Shown piece after piece: positions 10,354-20,369 of a stretch of 64,000 nt of DNA. The notes under the pieces are model-generated. The model saw only the letters and a list, made by a program, of their open reading frames with translations. It did not search any database and was not told the DNA's origin. The position numbers and the translations under genes were made by a program. Origin of the DNA: an uncultured bacterium (GTDB taxonomy: Bacteria > Patescibacteriota > JACMRA01); contig OY969926.1 of assembly GCA_963704645.1 (NCBI GenBank), positions 672,001-736,000 on the forward strand. Direction: 5' to 3'. Numbering within the stretch: the stretch's first letter is position 1; every line of letters starts with the position of its first letter.

Positions 10354-11268
10354 ATGATTTCCGTTAATACTTCCTCCGGTTTAAATGTGAAGGCTCCTGC
10401 AAAGTGGGGTTCTAACCTTAGTTTAGGCTTGGAAATATGGCAAATTCTTATTGTTCTAACAATAATTTTAACCTCGGCCAGTGGTTTAATGTGGTTTACT
10501 AATTTGCAACCAGAAAACTTAAAGCAAGAGTATCTTTTAATTGATAAAACAAAAAGTGAAATATTTAATAAGGCTGAAAAAATAAAGTTTGAAATTGCTG
10601 AAGTTGTTTTTCCTGAAAGTGCCAAAGTTTCAACTAAAATTTGTTATGAAGATGTTAATACTAACAATTTTAATAGCAAGAGTTACGTAGATAAAGTTTT
10701 TGCTGATGAGCAAGATTTAAATGAAATAAATAATAATTTACTAGGGAGAATTAATATTTTATCTAATTCTGGTGTGAATGATGTTATAAAGCAAAGCTTA
10801 GATTATTCTGTTGAAAGCAAATTAAACTTACAAAATGCCGACATCTATTTTCAACAAGTGCAAAAAATTAACAAGGAAAGCATAGAATTGTGCAAATCTA
10901 CTTTAGATAAACTTCCCCAATTAGTTTCTAGCTTGGAGATGAATGCTAAAAATACTGCAGTATTGGATATCAATTCTAATTTAAACACTAGCATTTTAAA
11001 TATGTTGCAAAAATCTGATATTATTGCAGATTCTGTAGCGAAAACAGGGGATGTTAAACCAGAAGATAAAATGGCATTCTTGAAAGATTTTACTGAAGTA
11101 ATAACCAGTAAAGTTACTAAAGACAGATTGCTTGCTTCTTCCAGTAAAAAATATGAAGATTTAATATTAAAAATTGATGCTTTGGAAAAATGGCAGAAAA
11201 GCTTTTTAGTCGATAAAAACACCAATATATACAAAACAGTTTGGGTTTTAAGCAAGAATAAGATTTAA
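10354..11268 (+). CDS. Hypothetical membrane-anchored helical protein
   Basis: 304-aa ORF with one N-terminal TM. Confidence 0.6.
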   Translation: MISVNTSSGLNVKAPAKWGSNLSLGLEIWQILIVLTIILTSASGLMWFTNLQPENLKQEYLLIDKTKSEIFNKAEKIKFEIAEVVFPESAKVSTKICYEDVNTNNFNSKSYVDKVFADEQDLNEINNNLLGRINILSNSGVNDVIKQSLDYSVESKLNLQNADIYFQQVQKINKESIELCKSTLDKLPQLVSSLEMNAKNTAVLDINSNLNTSILNMLQKSDIIADSVAKTGDVKPEDKMAFLKDFTEVITSKVTKDRLLASSSKKYEDLILKIDALEKWQKSFLVDKNTNIYKTVWVLSKNKI

Positions 11269-11418
11269 GAAACTAACTCTTTAGGGAAATTATTGATTCA
11301 GCTTTAAAATTGAATAATAAAAAATTAAGGACTTGTTGTTGTAAAAATCTTCGAACCAGTTTGAATTATGAATTAAAGTTAGCTTGACCTATGGCTAGCA
11401 ATATTTCATGCTAAGACT

Positions 11419-12024
11419 ATGAATTCAGAACCTTTTAAAATAACAATTATTAGCGTTATTATAACAGTTTTTATTATTGTAATTGGCAGCATGCCCGAAG
11501 TTCAGCGTAGTATAGCTGTTTTTACAGATCAGATTAGCAGTTTAGAAGATGCTGCAGAATTGAAGCCTGTAGAAAAAAATAACAAAGTTGCTGGAGTAGA
11601 AGAAGTTAAAGTGAACAGGGTAGTTGATGGTGATACTGTTGTTTTGGAAGATGGCAGAACAATTAGACTTTTGAACGTTGACACACCTGAAACTAAAAAG
11701 CCTGGTGTTGCAGTTATGTGTTACGGCCCAGAAGCCAGTAGCTATACAACTAAAATGCTAGAAAATAGAATTATTTTAATTAAACCAGATAAGGAAGACA
11801 AAGATAGATATGGTAGATCTTTAAGATTTATATTTTTTGTTGGGGAAGATACTTCAGCTATAGCTAATAGTTTTAATGCCAAGCTAATAAAAGAAGGGTA
11901 CGCCAAAAGTTCAACTGTTAAACCCAATAATACATATCAAAATTACTTTGAAACTTTAGAAAGACAAACTAAACAGTTAAAAGTAGGTGCATGGGGTGAA
12001 TGTCCAGATCCATTTAATGTGTAG
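11419..12024 (+). CDS. Thermonuclease (SNase) family protein
   Basis: RVVDGDT, IRLLNVDTPE, DRYGRSL motifs; N-terminal TM. Confidence 0.92.
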   Translation: MNSEPFKITIISVIITVFIIVIGSMPEVQRSIAVFTDQISSLEDAAELKPVEKNNKVAGVEEVKVNRVVDGDTVVLEDGRTIRLLNVDTPETKKPGVAVMCYGPEASSYTTKMLENRIILIKPDKEDKDRYGRSLRFIFFVGEDTSAIANSFNAKLIKEGYAKSSTVKPNNTYQNYFETLERQTKQLKVGAWGECPDPFNV

Positions 12025-12246
12025 GGCATTAGTAGGATATACAGGGTAAAAATACTCAATGAGAAATTAATTGGTAGTGTTTAAGTTTACCTTAAAGAGT
12101 CTGCGATAGTATGAAAATGTTTCGTAAAAAAGCGAAAAAGATTTAAAAAATTTCTAAAATTATAATGTGACAAAACTGTTTTTGTGAATTAGACTATATA
12201 AAGTAACAAAAGTGTGTTGGGGAAATATAAAACAAAAATAAAATTT

Positions 12247-15200
12247 ATGCTTTCTTTGAATAAGAAACTACACGAAACAAAAAATAAAAATCACTGGTTT
12301 AATAATTTAAATAAATATAACAAAATATTTACCCTATTCCTTTTGAGCTTAATTATTTTATGTGGTTTAGTTTATTTTGGAATAAAATTTGAAGAATCCA
12401 GACAATTAGCTAAAGCTGAAGATATTTCAGCCACTACTCCTGTTGTAGGAAACTTTATTGGAAAATTGGTTCTTTCACCCGACAATCTAACTACTTATGT
12501 GAGTACTTCTGCTAATAGTGGGGGTGGAATTGCAAAATATGATACAACCACAAACACCTTACTAGGTTCTATATCATTTACAAACAATGGAATTCAACTA
12601 AACTCTACTGGTACAAGACTTTACACCTACAATGCCAGTGAGGTTAAAGTAATTGATACAGCTAGCTTTACGGTTATTTCTACAATTCCTGTTACAAATA
12701 ATATAATCAATGGATTTTTAAACGCTGATGGTAGTAAGTTTTATGCTGCCTCTTTCTTTTCCGGGGCTACAACTACAAACACTTTAACAGTAATTGATAC
12801 TTCTAATAATACTATTTTAACTTCTCTTGTTACGCCACAAACTGTAAAAGGTTTTTATCATCATTTTTCTTTAGATGGTAGCAAATTATATCTTTCTGAC
12901 GAATATAATGGGATAGTAATTGACACAGCTACTACCAGTTTTGAAGATTTCATTCCTATTACTAAGGATATGGTTTTATCGGAGGATGGTAAAAAAATGT
13001 ATTCTTTTGATACAGCCAATTTTGACTCAATTGGTATGAGAGTGATTGATCTGGCTACTAAAAAGCTTGATCGTGTTATTTTCATTAGTAGATTTGTAAA
13101 AGCAATTCCAAGAGATGGCAAAATTTTTGTAATTGCCGATAATGCTTTAAAAATATATGACGCTCAAACCTATAATTTGCTTTCCACTACTCAAATTATC
13201 AACAGTACATCTAGCATATGCTCATCGGGATGTGGTATTAAAATTACACCCGATGGCTCAAAGCTTTATATAACCGCTCAGGTTGGAGGTTCATTCACCT
13301 ATATTGGAAATCCAGCAAATAACAATGCAATTATTGTTCCGCCAGATAATATTTTACTTGTAATGGATTTGAACAGTTTTGAAATAAACATTAATCAAAA
13401 TTTCTCTCCATCGCCAAGAATTGAAGCTTTTTCAAATGACGGAAAAAAGGCCTATGTTAGAGATGTAGGAAGCTACAAAGTTGTGGATACTACGTTGGTA
13501 AATACTTCTGATATTTCAGGTTTTTCCTGTACTTCGCCTACAAACAACCTTGGCTCGGTAGTTACCTGTAACGTCACTAGTTCAACTCCGGTTCGTGGTT
13601 TAGTTAAATTTACGGTTGGTTTAGAAGAATGCACTGCCTATTTTGCTGCAGCTGGTGATACAACTGCCAACTGTACATATATTGCTAATAATGTTCAAAA
13701 TTCACCTATAACCATTCAGCCATCTTTTGGAACTTCTTTAAGTAGTGGAAGCTTAATTATAAATGGAGAGGCTGGCGATGTTGTAATTAGCTCAGGTAAT
13801 ATTGTTACAAATAACAATTGTGTACCAAGTGGAAATGTAAGAATTGGGGTATTTTTTGATTGTAGTTTTAGTCTTACAGGAAGTTCTTCTAACAGTTATA
13901 TTTTACCTTCACAAGGAATAAAAATTGGAGTAGGTACTGTTCCAAATATTTCTGATTTTTGTACTCTTTCTGGAAATGGAACTGCAAATGTAAAGTTGGA
14001 TTGTAAAGATATCCCAACTACATCTGGTGTAGGAGGCAACCCAGATGTACTAGCTTTTATAAACGGTTCTTCAACAGGAAGTAGTGTTGGAAGTATAAAT
14101 TTAACAGATGGGTACTTAGTTAACTCAACTTCAGATGATATAGATTCTGCTCCGGGTGATGGGTATTGTGGAAATAGTCTAGGTGAATGTACTTTAAGAG
14201 CAGCAGTTATGGAGGCCAACACTGATTACATTAAAGACAAAATAAATATTCCAGCTGGAGTTTACCAATTAACTATAGCTCCAACTGTTGGTGTAAACAA
14301 AGGCGCCATTGATGGTGATTTAGATATAACAACTGATATGGATTTTGTTGGAGCTGGAAAAGACACCACCTTTATTCAGGCTGGGTCTGATGACACAAAT
14401 GGAATAGATAGGGTTTTCCATATTTTTAATACTAACGTTGATTTTAATAATCTAACCATAAGGTATGGACGTGTAAACAATTTACCTGTGGGAACATACT
14501 ATAATGGTCAAAACAATACAACTGAACTACCACAAAATGGAGGGGGAATTTATTATCAGAAATACCTAGATTTTAATGCTCAAGCTGAAAATTCAATTGC
14601 AGTTTTAGGCTTCAATGATGATAGTAACTTACCTGTAAATGCCGATGAAAGTTTAAAATTTCCAGCAACTTTGAATTTAAACAATGTTGTGGTTTCTAAT
14701 AATTATGCTCAAAATAGTGGAGGTGGAATTTATGACTCTTCAAGAACTAGTATTTACACAAATTCAGAAATTAATAATAATTCTTCTGGTAAATATGGTG
14801 GAGGTGTAAGTAGATCAACTATAAATGATCGTGTAACTAAATTGTTAACTGAACAGGCTTTTGCATCATCTTCTGCTACTTTAAATTTTGTAAACTCAAT
14901 TGTTTCGGGCAATCAATCTGTAGATGGGGCTGGAATATATCACGACAGAGGTAACAAAGTTATTTTAGATGAAAACACTAGGTTGCTGGGCAATATTGCC
15001 AGTGGTAACGGAGGTGGAATTTTTAATACTGAGTGTAGTTTTTTTGGTGGTGTTTCAACCATAACAATTAATGGATCAACTATTAATTCGAATAGTGCAG
15101 TAAATGGAGGAGGGGTATATAATGAGTGTGGACACGTAGAAACTTTGCCAGGAAATTTAACTACTAAAAACTCTACAATTCAATATAATTCAGCTTCGGA

Positions 15201-18200
15201 AAAGGGTGCTGCTTGGTTTGGTGCAAATAGCAGTTTAAACGAGCTTACAAAATCATCTATATATGAAAACAATACTCAAAATCCTGCTTTAACATATGCT
15301 ACAGGGCAGGTAACCAGTGTAATGTGGTTTGAAGGTAGTTCAAACAATTTTATTTCTCAATCAATGTTTTTGGGGAACTGGGGTAGGTCTGTTGAGTTTA
15401 ACAATGGTGCAAGAGTAGATATCAAAGAAACTACCATAAGTAATAATAGCGGAAGAGGGGTTAGCTATACTAATGGCAGTACAACAGGTAACACGACTCT
15501 TAAAATAGTTAATTCTACAATATCTTCCAACAATTCTTCGGGTATAAGTTTTAGATCCAGCGCTATAGATTTTCAAGGTTCTCATTTAACTATCGCTAAC
15601 AACGCATTTGGATTTATTATTGATCCTGCTGCCAATGTTAGATTGGATAACACAATTATAACTGGTAGCTTTTTTGTAAACTGTGGAGACTTAACAGGCG
15701 CTCTTCTTACGAATACTGTTCCAGGTGGTAGTGGTAGAGGCAAAAACCTTTCAAATAACTCAGATTGTGATAACATTTTTGGCTTTACAGCAAACCCTGA
15801 TGTACAGACATTTCTGGGCCCTTTGCAATTTAATGGCGGTCCAACTGTAACCATTGCACTTTTAGCTGGAAGTCCTGCTATTGATGAAGGTGCAGGTAGT
15901 GCCAACTATGATGGCTATCCAGAATCGCCAAACATTGATCAACGAGGATTTACAAGACCTTCAGGCTTAAATTATGACATTGGTGCTTATGAAGAAGGTG
16001 GTGTTTTATTTATTAATCCTCAAGCCAATGATGACAATGCTTCAACAGATAGTAACACCTCAGTAAGTATAAATCTTTTAGCTAATGATGATGGAGGTAC
16101 AAATGGAATTGATACCAACTCTGTAAATATTTCTAGCTCTCCAAACAAAGGAAGTTTAAATGACTATGGAAATGGTGAATTTGAATATGTTCCAGATTCT
16201 AGTCAATTTACAAGCTCAGATACAGATACTTTTACTTATTATTTCTTAGATCAAAATGGAATACAATCTAACACTGCCACTGTTACCATTAATGTCGGAT
16301 ATATTACTGTAAATATAGCACCTGTAGCTGCACCAGATGTAACTACAACTTTACTTACTTCTTCAATTCTGATTGATGTGGCCAGTAACGATACAGATAG
16401 CGACGGCACATTAGATTTAGGTAGCGTAACTATAGTAACTTCTCCAGCTAAAGGAAGTGCAAATATTAACAGTAATCCAAGCAGTCCAGATTTTGGTAAA
16501 ATTACTTATACTCCAAATCCAGCTTTCTTCGCTAGTGCTTCTTCAGATACTTTTGAATATGTTATTTCAGATAATAATGGAAGTGTTTCCAACGTTGCTA
16601 TTGTGACAATAGATGTTACTTTACCTCCTCAGCCAATTGCCAACCCTGACAATGCCTCCACTTTAGAATCTACACCCGTTACTGTTGATGTTCTTGCTAA
16701 CGATGTTAATTCTACAAACATATGTGCTAACTCTGTATCTACTTCTGCTAATGGAACTGCTACAATACTTCCTGCCAATGGCACTACTAACTTAGTGGAT
16801 AAAATACTATTTACTCCAAATATAGGCTTCAATGGAAATGCTACTTTCACGTATACAGCATGCAGTACTGTTGTTGGAACCTCGCCTTCTTCCCCCGCAA
16901 GCGTTACCGTTGCTGTAAACGCAGTAAATCCTGTTGCGGTTAATGATACAGCAACTGCCGATCAAAACAATGCTGTCACCATTAACGTTTTAGCTAATGA
17001 CACAGACCCTTCTGGGCAAACTATTACTATTTGTTCACCCCTATCTTCACCAAGTAATGGAACAATATCTAAAACAATTATTGGTTCAGTAGAGCAAATT
17101 ATATTTACACCAACGGCTGGCTATAACGGACAGACTAGCTTTACTTACACTGCCTGTGACCCAGCTGGCAATGCAAGTAATATTGCCACTGTAACTGTGA
17201 ATGTAATACCAAATATTCTTCCTGTAGCTAATCCAGATTCTGGTTCTACCGTTTCCAGTTCACCTGTAACAATTAACCCCACTTCCAATGACACAGATTC
17301 AGATGGATTCTTAGACTTAACCTCTGTAACTATAGTAGCTAATCCGACGAAGGGAAGTGTAAGTGTAAACGCTACCACAGGAATAATTATTTATACAGCC
17401 ACAACTTCACTATTTACTAGCAATGGAACTGACAGTTTCACCTATAAAATTAAAGATGACGACAACGAATTTTCTAATGAAGCAACAATAAGCATTTCAG
17501 TGTTAGTAGACCCTACAGCCAACAACGATACAGCTTCTGGTTTAGTTTCATCGGCTTTTGTATTGGATGTTGCAGCTAATGATCAAGCTACATCAGCTCC
17601 TTTAGATCTTTCCTCAATAAATATTATTACACAGCCAACTAAAGGCACAGTAAGTGTTAACACAACAGCCAATAGTCCAGACTTTGGTAAAGTTATATAC
17701 ACTCCAACCGCTTCTGCTTATTCAGTAAGTGGCTCTGACAGTTTCTCTTATACAATTGAAGATACTGAAGGTCATGTTTCAAACCCTGCCACTGCCACTG
17801 TTAATGTTACAGTTCCACCTGCTAACCAAATACCAGTTGCTAACAATGACACAACCACAGGAGGTAAATTTTCTGTACTAACTATTGATGTTGCAGCTAA
17901 TGATACAGACAACGATGGAACCTTAGATTTAAGCAGCGTGGCAATTGTTACCCAGCCAACTAAAGGTACAGTAAGTGTTAACACAACAGCCAATAGTCCA
18001 GACTTTGGTAAAGTTATATACACTCCAACCGCTTCTTCCTATACATCAAGCAGCACTGATAGTTTCACATATAGAATTAGAGATAATGATGGAGATTTTT
18101 CAAGTCCAGCCACTGTAACTGTGAATATAATTTTGCTATTACCAACAGCAGTGAATGATACAGTAACTTTGGATATTAATACACCAACAACAGTAGATGT

Positions 18201-19173
18201 TCTAGCTAATGATATTTTAGCCACAAGTATATGTGCCAGCTCTGTTTTCAGCAGTTCCACTAATGGATCTACAGCTTTGCAAACATCCTCAGGCGGAAGT
18301 GTAGCTATTACCGCTGACAACAAAATTATCTACACTCCTGCAAATAATTTCACGGGTACAGACTCGTTTGTATACAAAGCTTGCAACAATGACGGCGAAA
18401 GCAATGTGTCTACTGTTAACTTAACTGTTAATGCTTTGCCTATTGAAGCAATAGTTCCTCCAACAGATTCAACTATTACAACAACAAATCCAACTGCTCC
18501 TGTGGTAAATCCAAGTTCTACTCCTGTTGCAGCACAAAGTGTGGAAATAACTTTGTACAAAGAAAAACAAGACGCGGACATACTGCTTAATCAGCCTCTT
18601 AAAATTCAGGCAGATATTAAAAACCCAAATAACTTTATAGTAGCAAAAATTGAAACAATAATTAATATAGACACAACTAAATTAAACTTTGTGGCCAATT
18701 CAGCCAAAGAAGGAAGTATAGTTGGTAACAAATATTTAGGTTTCTTAGAATTATACGGTGAAAGACAGGGTATATATAATTTAGCATCACTTCTGTCTAT
18801 TCCAACTAAAGCACAAGCTAGTACAACCCCAACTGTTAGTTTTGAAGTTATATCAAGTTCTCAATTAAAAGTTACAATTCTTAATGCCCAACCTAACCAA
18901 ACTTTGCCTATTGTATTTGATGTACTTCCTAAAGCCAATTTGCAAAATAGTATTCAAGCAAAGGCAGATATTATTGACCCTGTAACTAATTTATCTATTG
19001 CAACAGCTTCTTCAGCCGTTAATATTGCTCCAACTGAACCTATACTAAATGTTCTTGTAAGAACAGGAGGTCAGACAATTGTACAACTTAGTTTGGGCGT
19101 TTTGGTTGCCTTAATGGTGTTTGTGTATATGCAAACTAAGAGAGAAAAAATAAAGATAAACCTTGAAAAATAA
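12247..19173 (+). CDS. Giant surface protein/adhesin: YVTN-like beta-propeller, CSLREA-type motif, beta-helix with choice-of-anchor Q, tandem Ig-like repeats, C-terminal VRTGG-TM anchor
   Basis: SxDGxxxY/VIDT propeller repeats; CTLRAAV; LGPLQFNGGPT...SPAID...DQRG...DIGAYE; about 7 P.A.ND...VLAND...FTY repeats; LVRTGG followed by a TM and basic tail. Confidence 0.85.
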   Translation: MLSLNKKLHETKNKNHWFNNLNKYNKIFTLFLLSLIILCGLVYFGIKFEESRQLAKAEDISATTPVVGNFIGKLVLSPDNLTTYVSTSANSGGGIAKYDTTTNTLLGSISFTNNGIQLNSTGTRLYTYNASEVKVIDTASFTVISTIPVTNNIINGFLNADGSKFYAASFFSGATTTNTLTVIDTSNNTILTSLVTPQTVKGFYHHFSLDGSKLYLSDEYNGIVIDTATTSFEDFIPITKDMVLSEDGKKMYSFDTANFDSIGMRVIDLATKKLDRVIFISRFVKAIPRDGKIFVIADNALKIYDAQTYNLLSTTQIINSTSSICSSGCGIKITPDGSKLYITAQVGGSFTYIGNPANNNAIIVPPDNILLVMDLNSFEININQNFSPSPRIEAFSNDGKKAYVRDVGSYKVVDTTLVNTSDISGFSCTSPTNNLGSVVTCNVTSSTPVRGLVKFTVGLEECTAYFAAAGDTTANCTYIANNVQNSPITIQPSFGTSLSSGSLIINGEAGDVVISSGNIVTNNNCVPSGNVRIGVFFDCSFSLTGSSSNSYILPSQGIKIGVGTVPNISDFCTLSGNGTANVKLDCKDIPTTSGVGGNPDVLAFINGSSTGSSVGSINLTDGYLVNSTSDDIDSAPGDGYCGNSLGECTLRAAVMEANTDYIKDKINIPAGVYQLTIAPTVGVNKGAIDGDLDITTDMDFVGAGKDTTFIQAGSDDTNGIDRVFHIFNTNVDFNNLTIRYGRVNNLPVGTYYNGQNNTTELPQNGGGIYYQKYLDFNAQAENSIAVLGFNDDSNLPVNADESLKFPATLNLNNVVVSNNYAQNSGGGIYDSSRTSIYTNSEINNNSSGKYGGGVSRSTINDRVTKLLTEQAFASSSATLNFVNSIVSGNQSVDGAGIYHDRGNKVILDENTRLLGNIASGNGGGIFNTECSFFGGVSTITINGSTINSNSAVNGGGVYNECGHVETLPGNLTTKNSTIQYNSASEKGAAWFGANSSLNELTKSSIYENNTQNPALTYATGQVTSVMWFEGSSNNFISQSMFLGNWGRSVEFNNGARVDIKETTISNNSGRGVSYTNGSTTGNTTLKIVNSTISSNNSSGISFRSSAIDFQGSHLTIANNAFGFIIDPAANVRLDNTIITGSFFVNCGDLTGALLTNTVPGGSGRGKNLSNNSDCDNIFGFTANPDVQTFLGPLQFNGGPTVTIALLAGSPAIDEGAGSANYDGYPESPNIDQRGFTRPSGLNYDIGAYEEGGVLFINPQANDDNASTDSNTSVSINLLANDDGGTNGIDTNSVNISSSPNKGSLNDYGNGEFEYVPDSSQFTSSDTDTFTYYFLDQNGIQSNTATVTINVGYITVNIAPVAAPDVTTTLLTSSILIDVASNDTDSDGTLDLGSVTIVTSPAKGSANINSNPSSPDFGKITYTPNPAFFASASSDTFEYVISDNNGSVSNVAIVTIDVTLPPQPIANPDNASTLESTPVTVDVLANDVNSTNICANSVSTSANGTATILPANGTTNLVDKILFTPNIGFNGNATFTYTACSTVVGTSPSSPASVTVAVNAVNPVAVNDTATADQNNAVTINVLANDTDPSGQTITICSPLSSPSNGTISKTIIGSVEQIIFTPTAGYNGQTSFTYTACDPAGNASNIATVTVNVIPNILPVANPDSGSTVSSSPVTINPTSNDTDSDGFLDLTSVTIVANPTKGSVSVNATTGIIIYTATTSLFTSNGTDSFTYKIKDDDNEFSNEATISISVLVDPTANNDTASGLVSSAFVLDVAANDQATSAPLDLSSINIITQPTKGTVSVNTTANSPDFGKVIYTPTASAYSVSGSDSFSYTIEDTEGHVSNPATATVNVTVPPANQIPVANNDTTTGGKFSVLTIDVAANDTDNDGTLDLSSVAIVTQPTKGTVSVNTTANSPDFGKVIYTPTASSYTSSSTDSFTYRIRDNDGDFSSPATVTVNIILLLPTAVNDTVTLDINTPTTVDVLANDILATSICASSVFSSSTNGSTALQTSSGGSVAITADNKIIYTPANNFTGTDSFVYKACNNDGESNVSTVNLTVNALPIEAIVPPTDSTITTTNPTAPVVNPSSTPVAAQSVEITLYKEKQDADILLNQPLKIQADIKNPNNFIVAKIETIINIDTTKLNFVANSAKEGSIVGNKYLGFLELYGERQGIYNLASLLSIPTKAQASTTPTVSFEVISSSQLKVTILNAQPNQTLPIVFDVLPKANLQNSIQAKADIIDPVTNLSIATASSAVNIAPTEPILNVLVRTGGQTIVQLSLGVLVALMVFVYMQTKREKIKINLEK
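17632..18036 (+). repeat. 84-bp near-identical intragenic direct repeat (17632-17715 and 17953-18036)
   Basis: CAGCCAACTAAAGG(C/T)ACAGTAAGTGTTAAC...CCAACCGCTTCT, one mismatch, period 321 bp. Confidence 0.9.
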
Positions 19174-19357
19174 ATCTTTATAAGATGCGTTAGGCGGCTC
19201 AACTTTGGACGATGAACATGGAAATACTTTACAAGTTAAAGAATATTTGAAAATCTTAAGTATTCGGTATTTTTAATGCCAAATACAAAAATTAAATGTA
19301 AAAAGCTGAGGTAAATATAGTGTTTGCACCTATCATATTTTGGAGGTTGTGTCTATT

Positions 19358-19609
19358 ATGAGTTATCATATAGCTTGCTGCCCCGACCTAACTACACTAC
19401 ATTTAAGTGGTGTTAATAAGGAAACCATGAAGGAAATTTCAGACAGAATTCACCAAGTTATTGAAACTAAAGCAACTAATTTAGATGGTAATACTGGTGT
19501 TATTTCTTTCGATCCTATTGAAGATGATAATACCAAAGAAAAATTACGTCTTATTCTTGAGCTGGAGTTTAGAATAGGACAAACTACTTTAATTCAACAT
19601 TTCAACTAA
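19358..19609 (+). CDS. Orphan small protein
   Basis: GGAGG SD upstream of ATG 19358; hairpin/T-tract terminator at 19620-19672. Confidence 0.6.
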   Translation: MSYHIACCPDLTTLHLSGVNKETMKEISDRIHQVIETKATNLDGNTGVISFDPIEDDNTKEKLRLILELEFRIGQTTLIQHFN

Positions 19610-19697
19610 AATCCAAACCCAGCCCATTCTGTAATTATAAATATAATATAATGCAGATGGGTTGTTTTTTTACGGGAAAATTTTTAGTTTAGTAATT

Positions 19698-19722
19698 TTG
19701 ACTTTGTAAAAAAAATATGCTT
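19698..19722 (+). promoter_or_regulatory. Orphan-gene motif TTGACT-N12-TATGCTT
   Basis: Same spacing as six other copies, each upstream of an orphan gene. Confidence 0.6.
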
Positions 19723-19769
19723 GGAAATAAGAGTGTATTTAAAAACACTACAATAATAGGAGAATTTTT

Positions 19770-20081
19770 ATGCAAGATGGCTATGCATGTGTTACAGGTT
19801 GGGAATTTTTCCTCTCTGAAGAAGGCAATGAAATGAATTTTGAATGGAATCCCGATTATATAAAAAAAGAGCTACAAGTAATTTGGAACAACAAAGATCT
19901 GTATTTCAACGAGACTGTGGCTTTTGTAAAATCGTTGTCTCGCCGAGGAATTGAAAAGCTTCGTGAAAACTTTGGCGATCAATTTCCTGATTTGTTTGAG
20001 TGGATAGACTCTGTTTTCCCTCCAGATGATGAAAATATGAATGATAGAGGGCCCTATTTATTAGCAGCTGGGATTAATTAA
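19770..20081 (+). CDS. Orphan acidic protein
   Basis: AGGAG SD; terminator AAGCACTCTGGAAACGGAGGGCTTTTTT at 20121-20148. Confidence 0.65.
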   Translation: MQDGYACVTGWEFFLSEEGNEMNFEWNPDYIKKELQVIWNNKDLYFNETVAFVKSLSRRGIEKLRENFGDQFPDLFEWIDSVFPPDDENMNDRGPYLLAAGIN

Positions 20082-20198
20082 GTTTAAAAATTTAGAAAAA
20101 TTTCTTTTTAAACAAAATGTAAGCACTCTGGAAACGGAGGGCTTTTTTATTTCTGTTGTTTTAGAGTTTTAAAGAGAGCAAAGTTTGTCTCTCTAGTT

Positions 20199-20225
20199 TA
20201 GACCCTGAAACAAGTTAAGGGTGAC
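20199..20225 (+). repeat. REP-like palindrome family A copy
   Basis: TAGACCCTGAAACAAGTTAAGGGTGAC, matching copies at 36334, 44354, 49157 and the IS481 target. Confidence 0.85.
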
Positions 20226-20369
20226 TTGGTTCGAAAGTGGCCGCTAAGAGTAGACAGGAAACTTGTGATTAAGATGAGAGTAATATTGTTCGATAATATC
20301 TTTAATTATTAACCTGAGTAAATTCATTGATTGACAAAAGTTGGGTTTTTGGGGTCTTAATTATAAATT

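Noticed and set aside
17632-18036. Diversity-generating retroelement TR/VR pair
   Set aside because: The only mismatch is a synonymous C/T rather than adenine-specific, and no reverse transcriptase is present in the window
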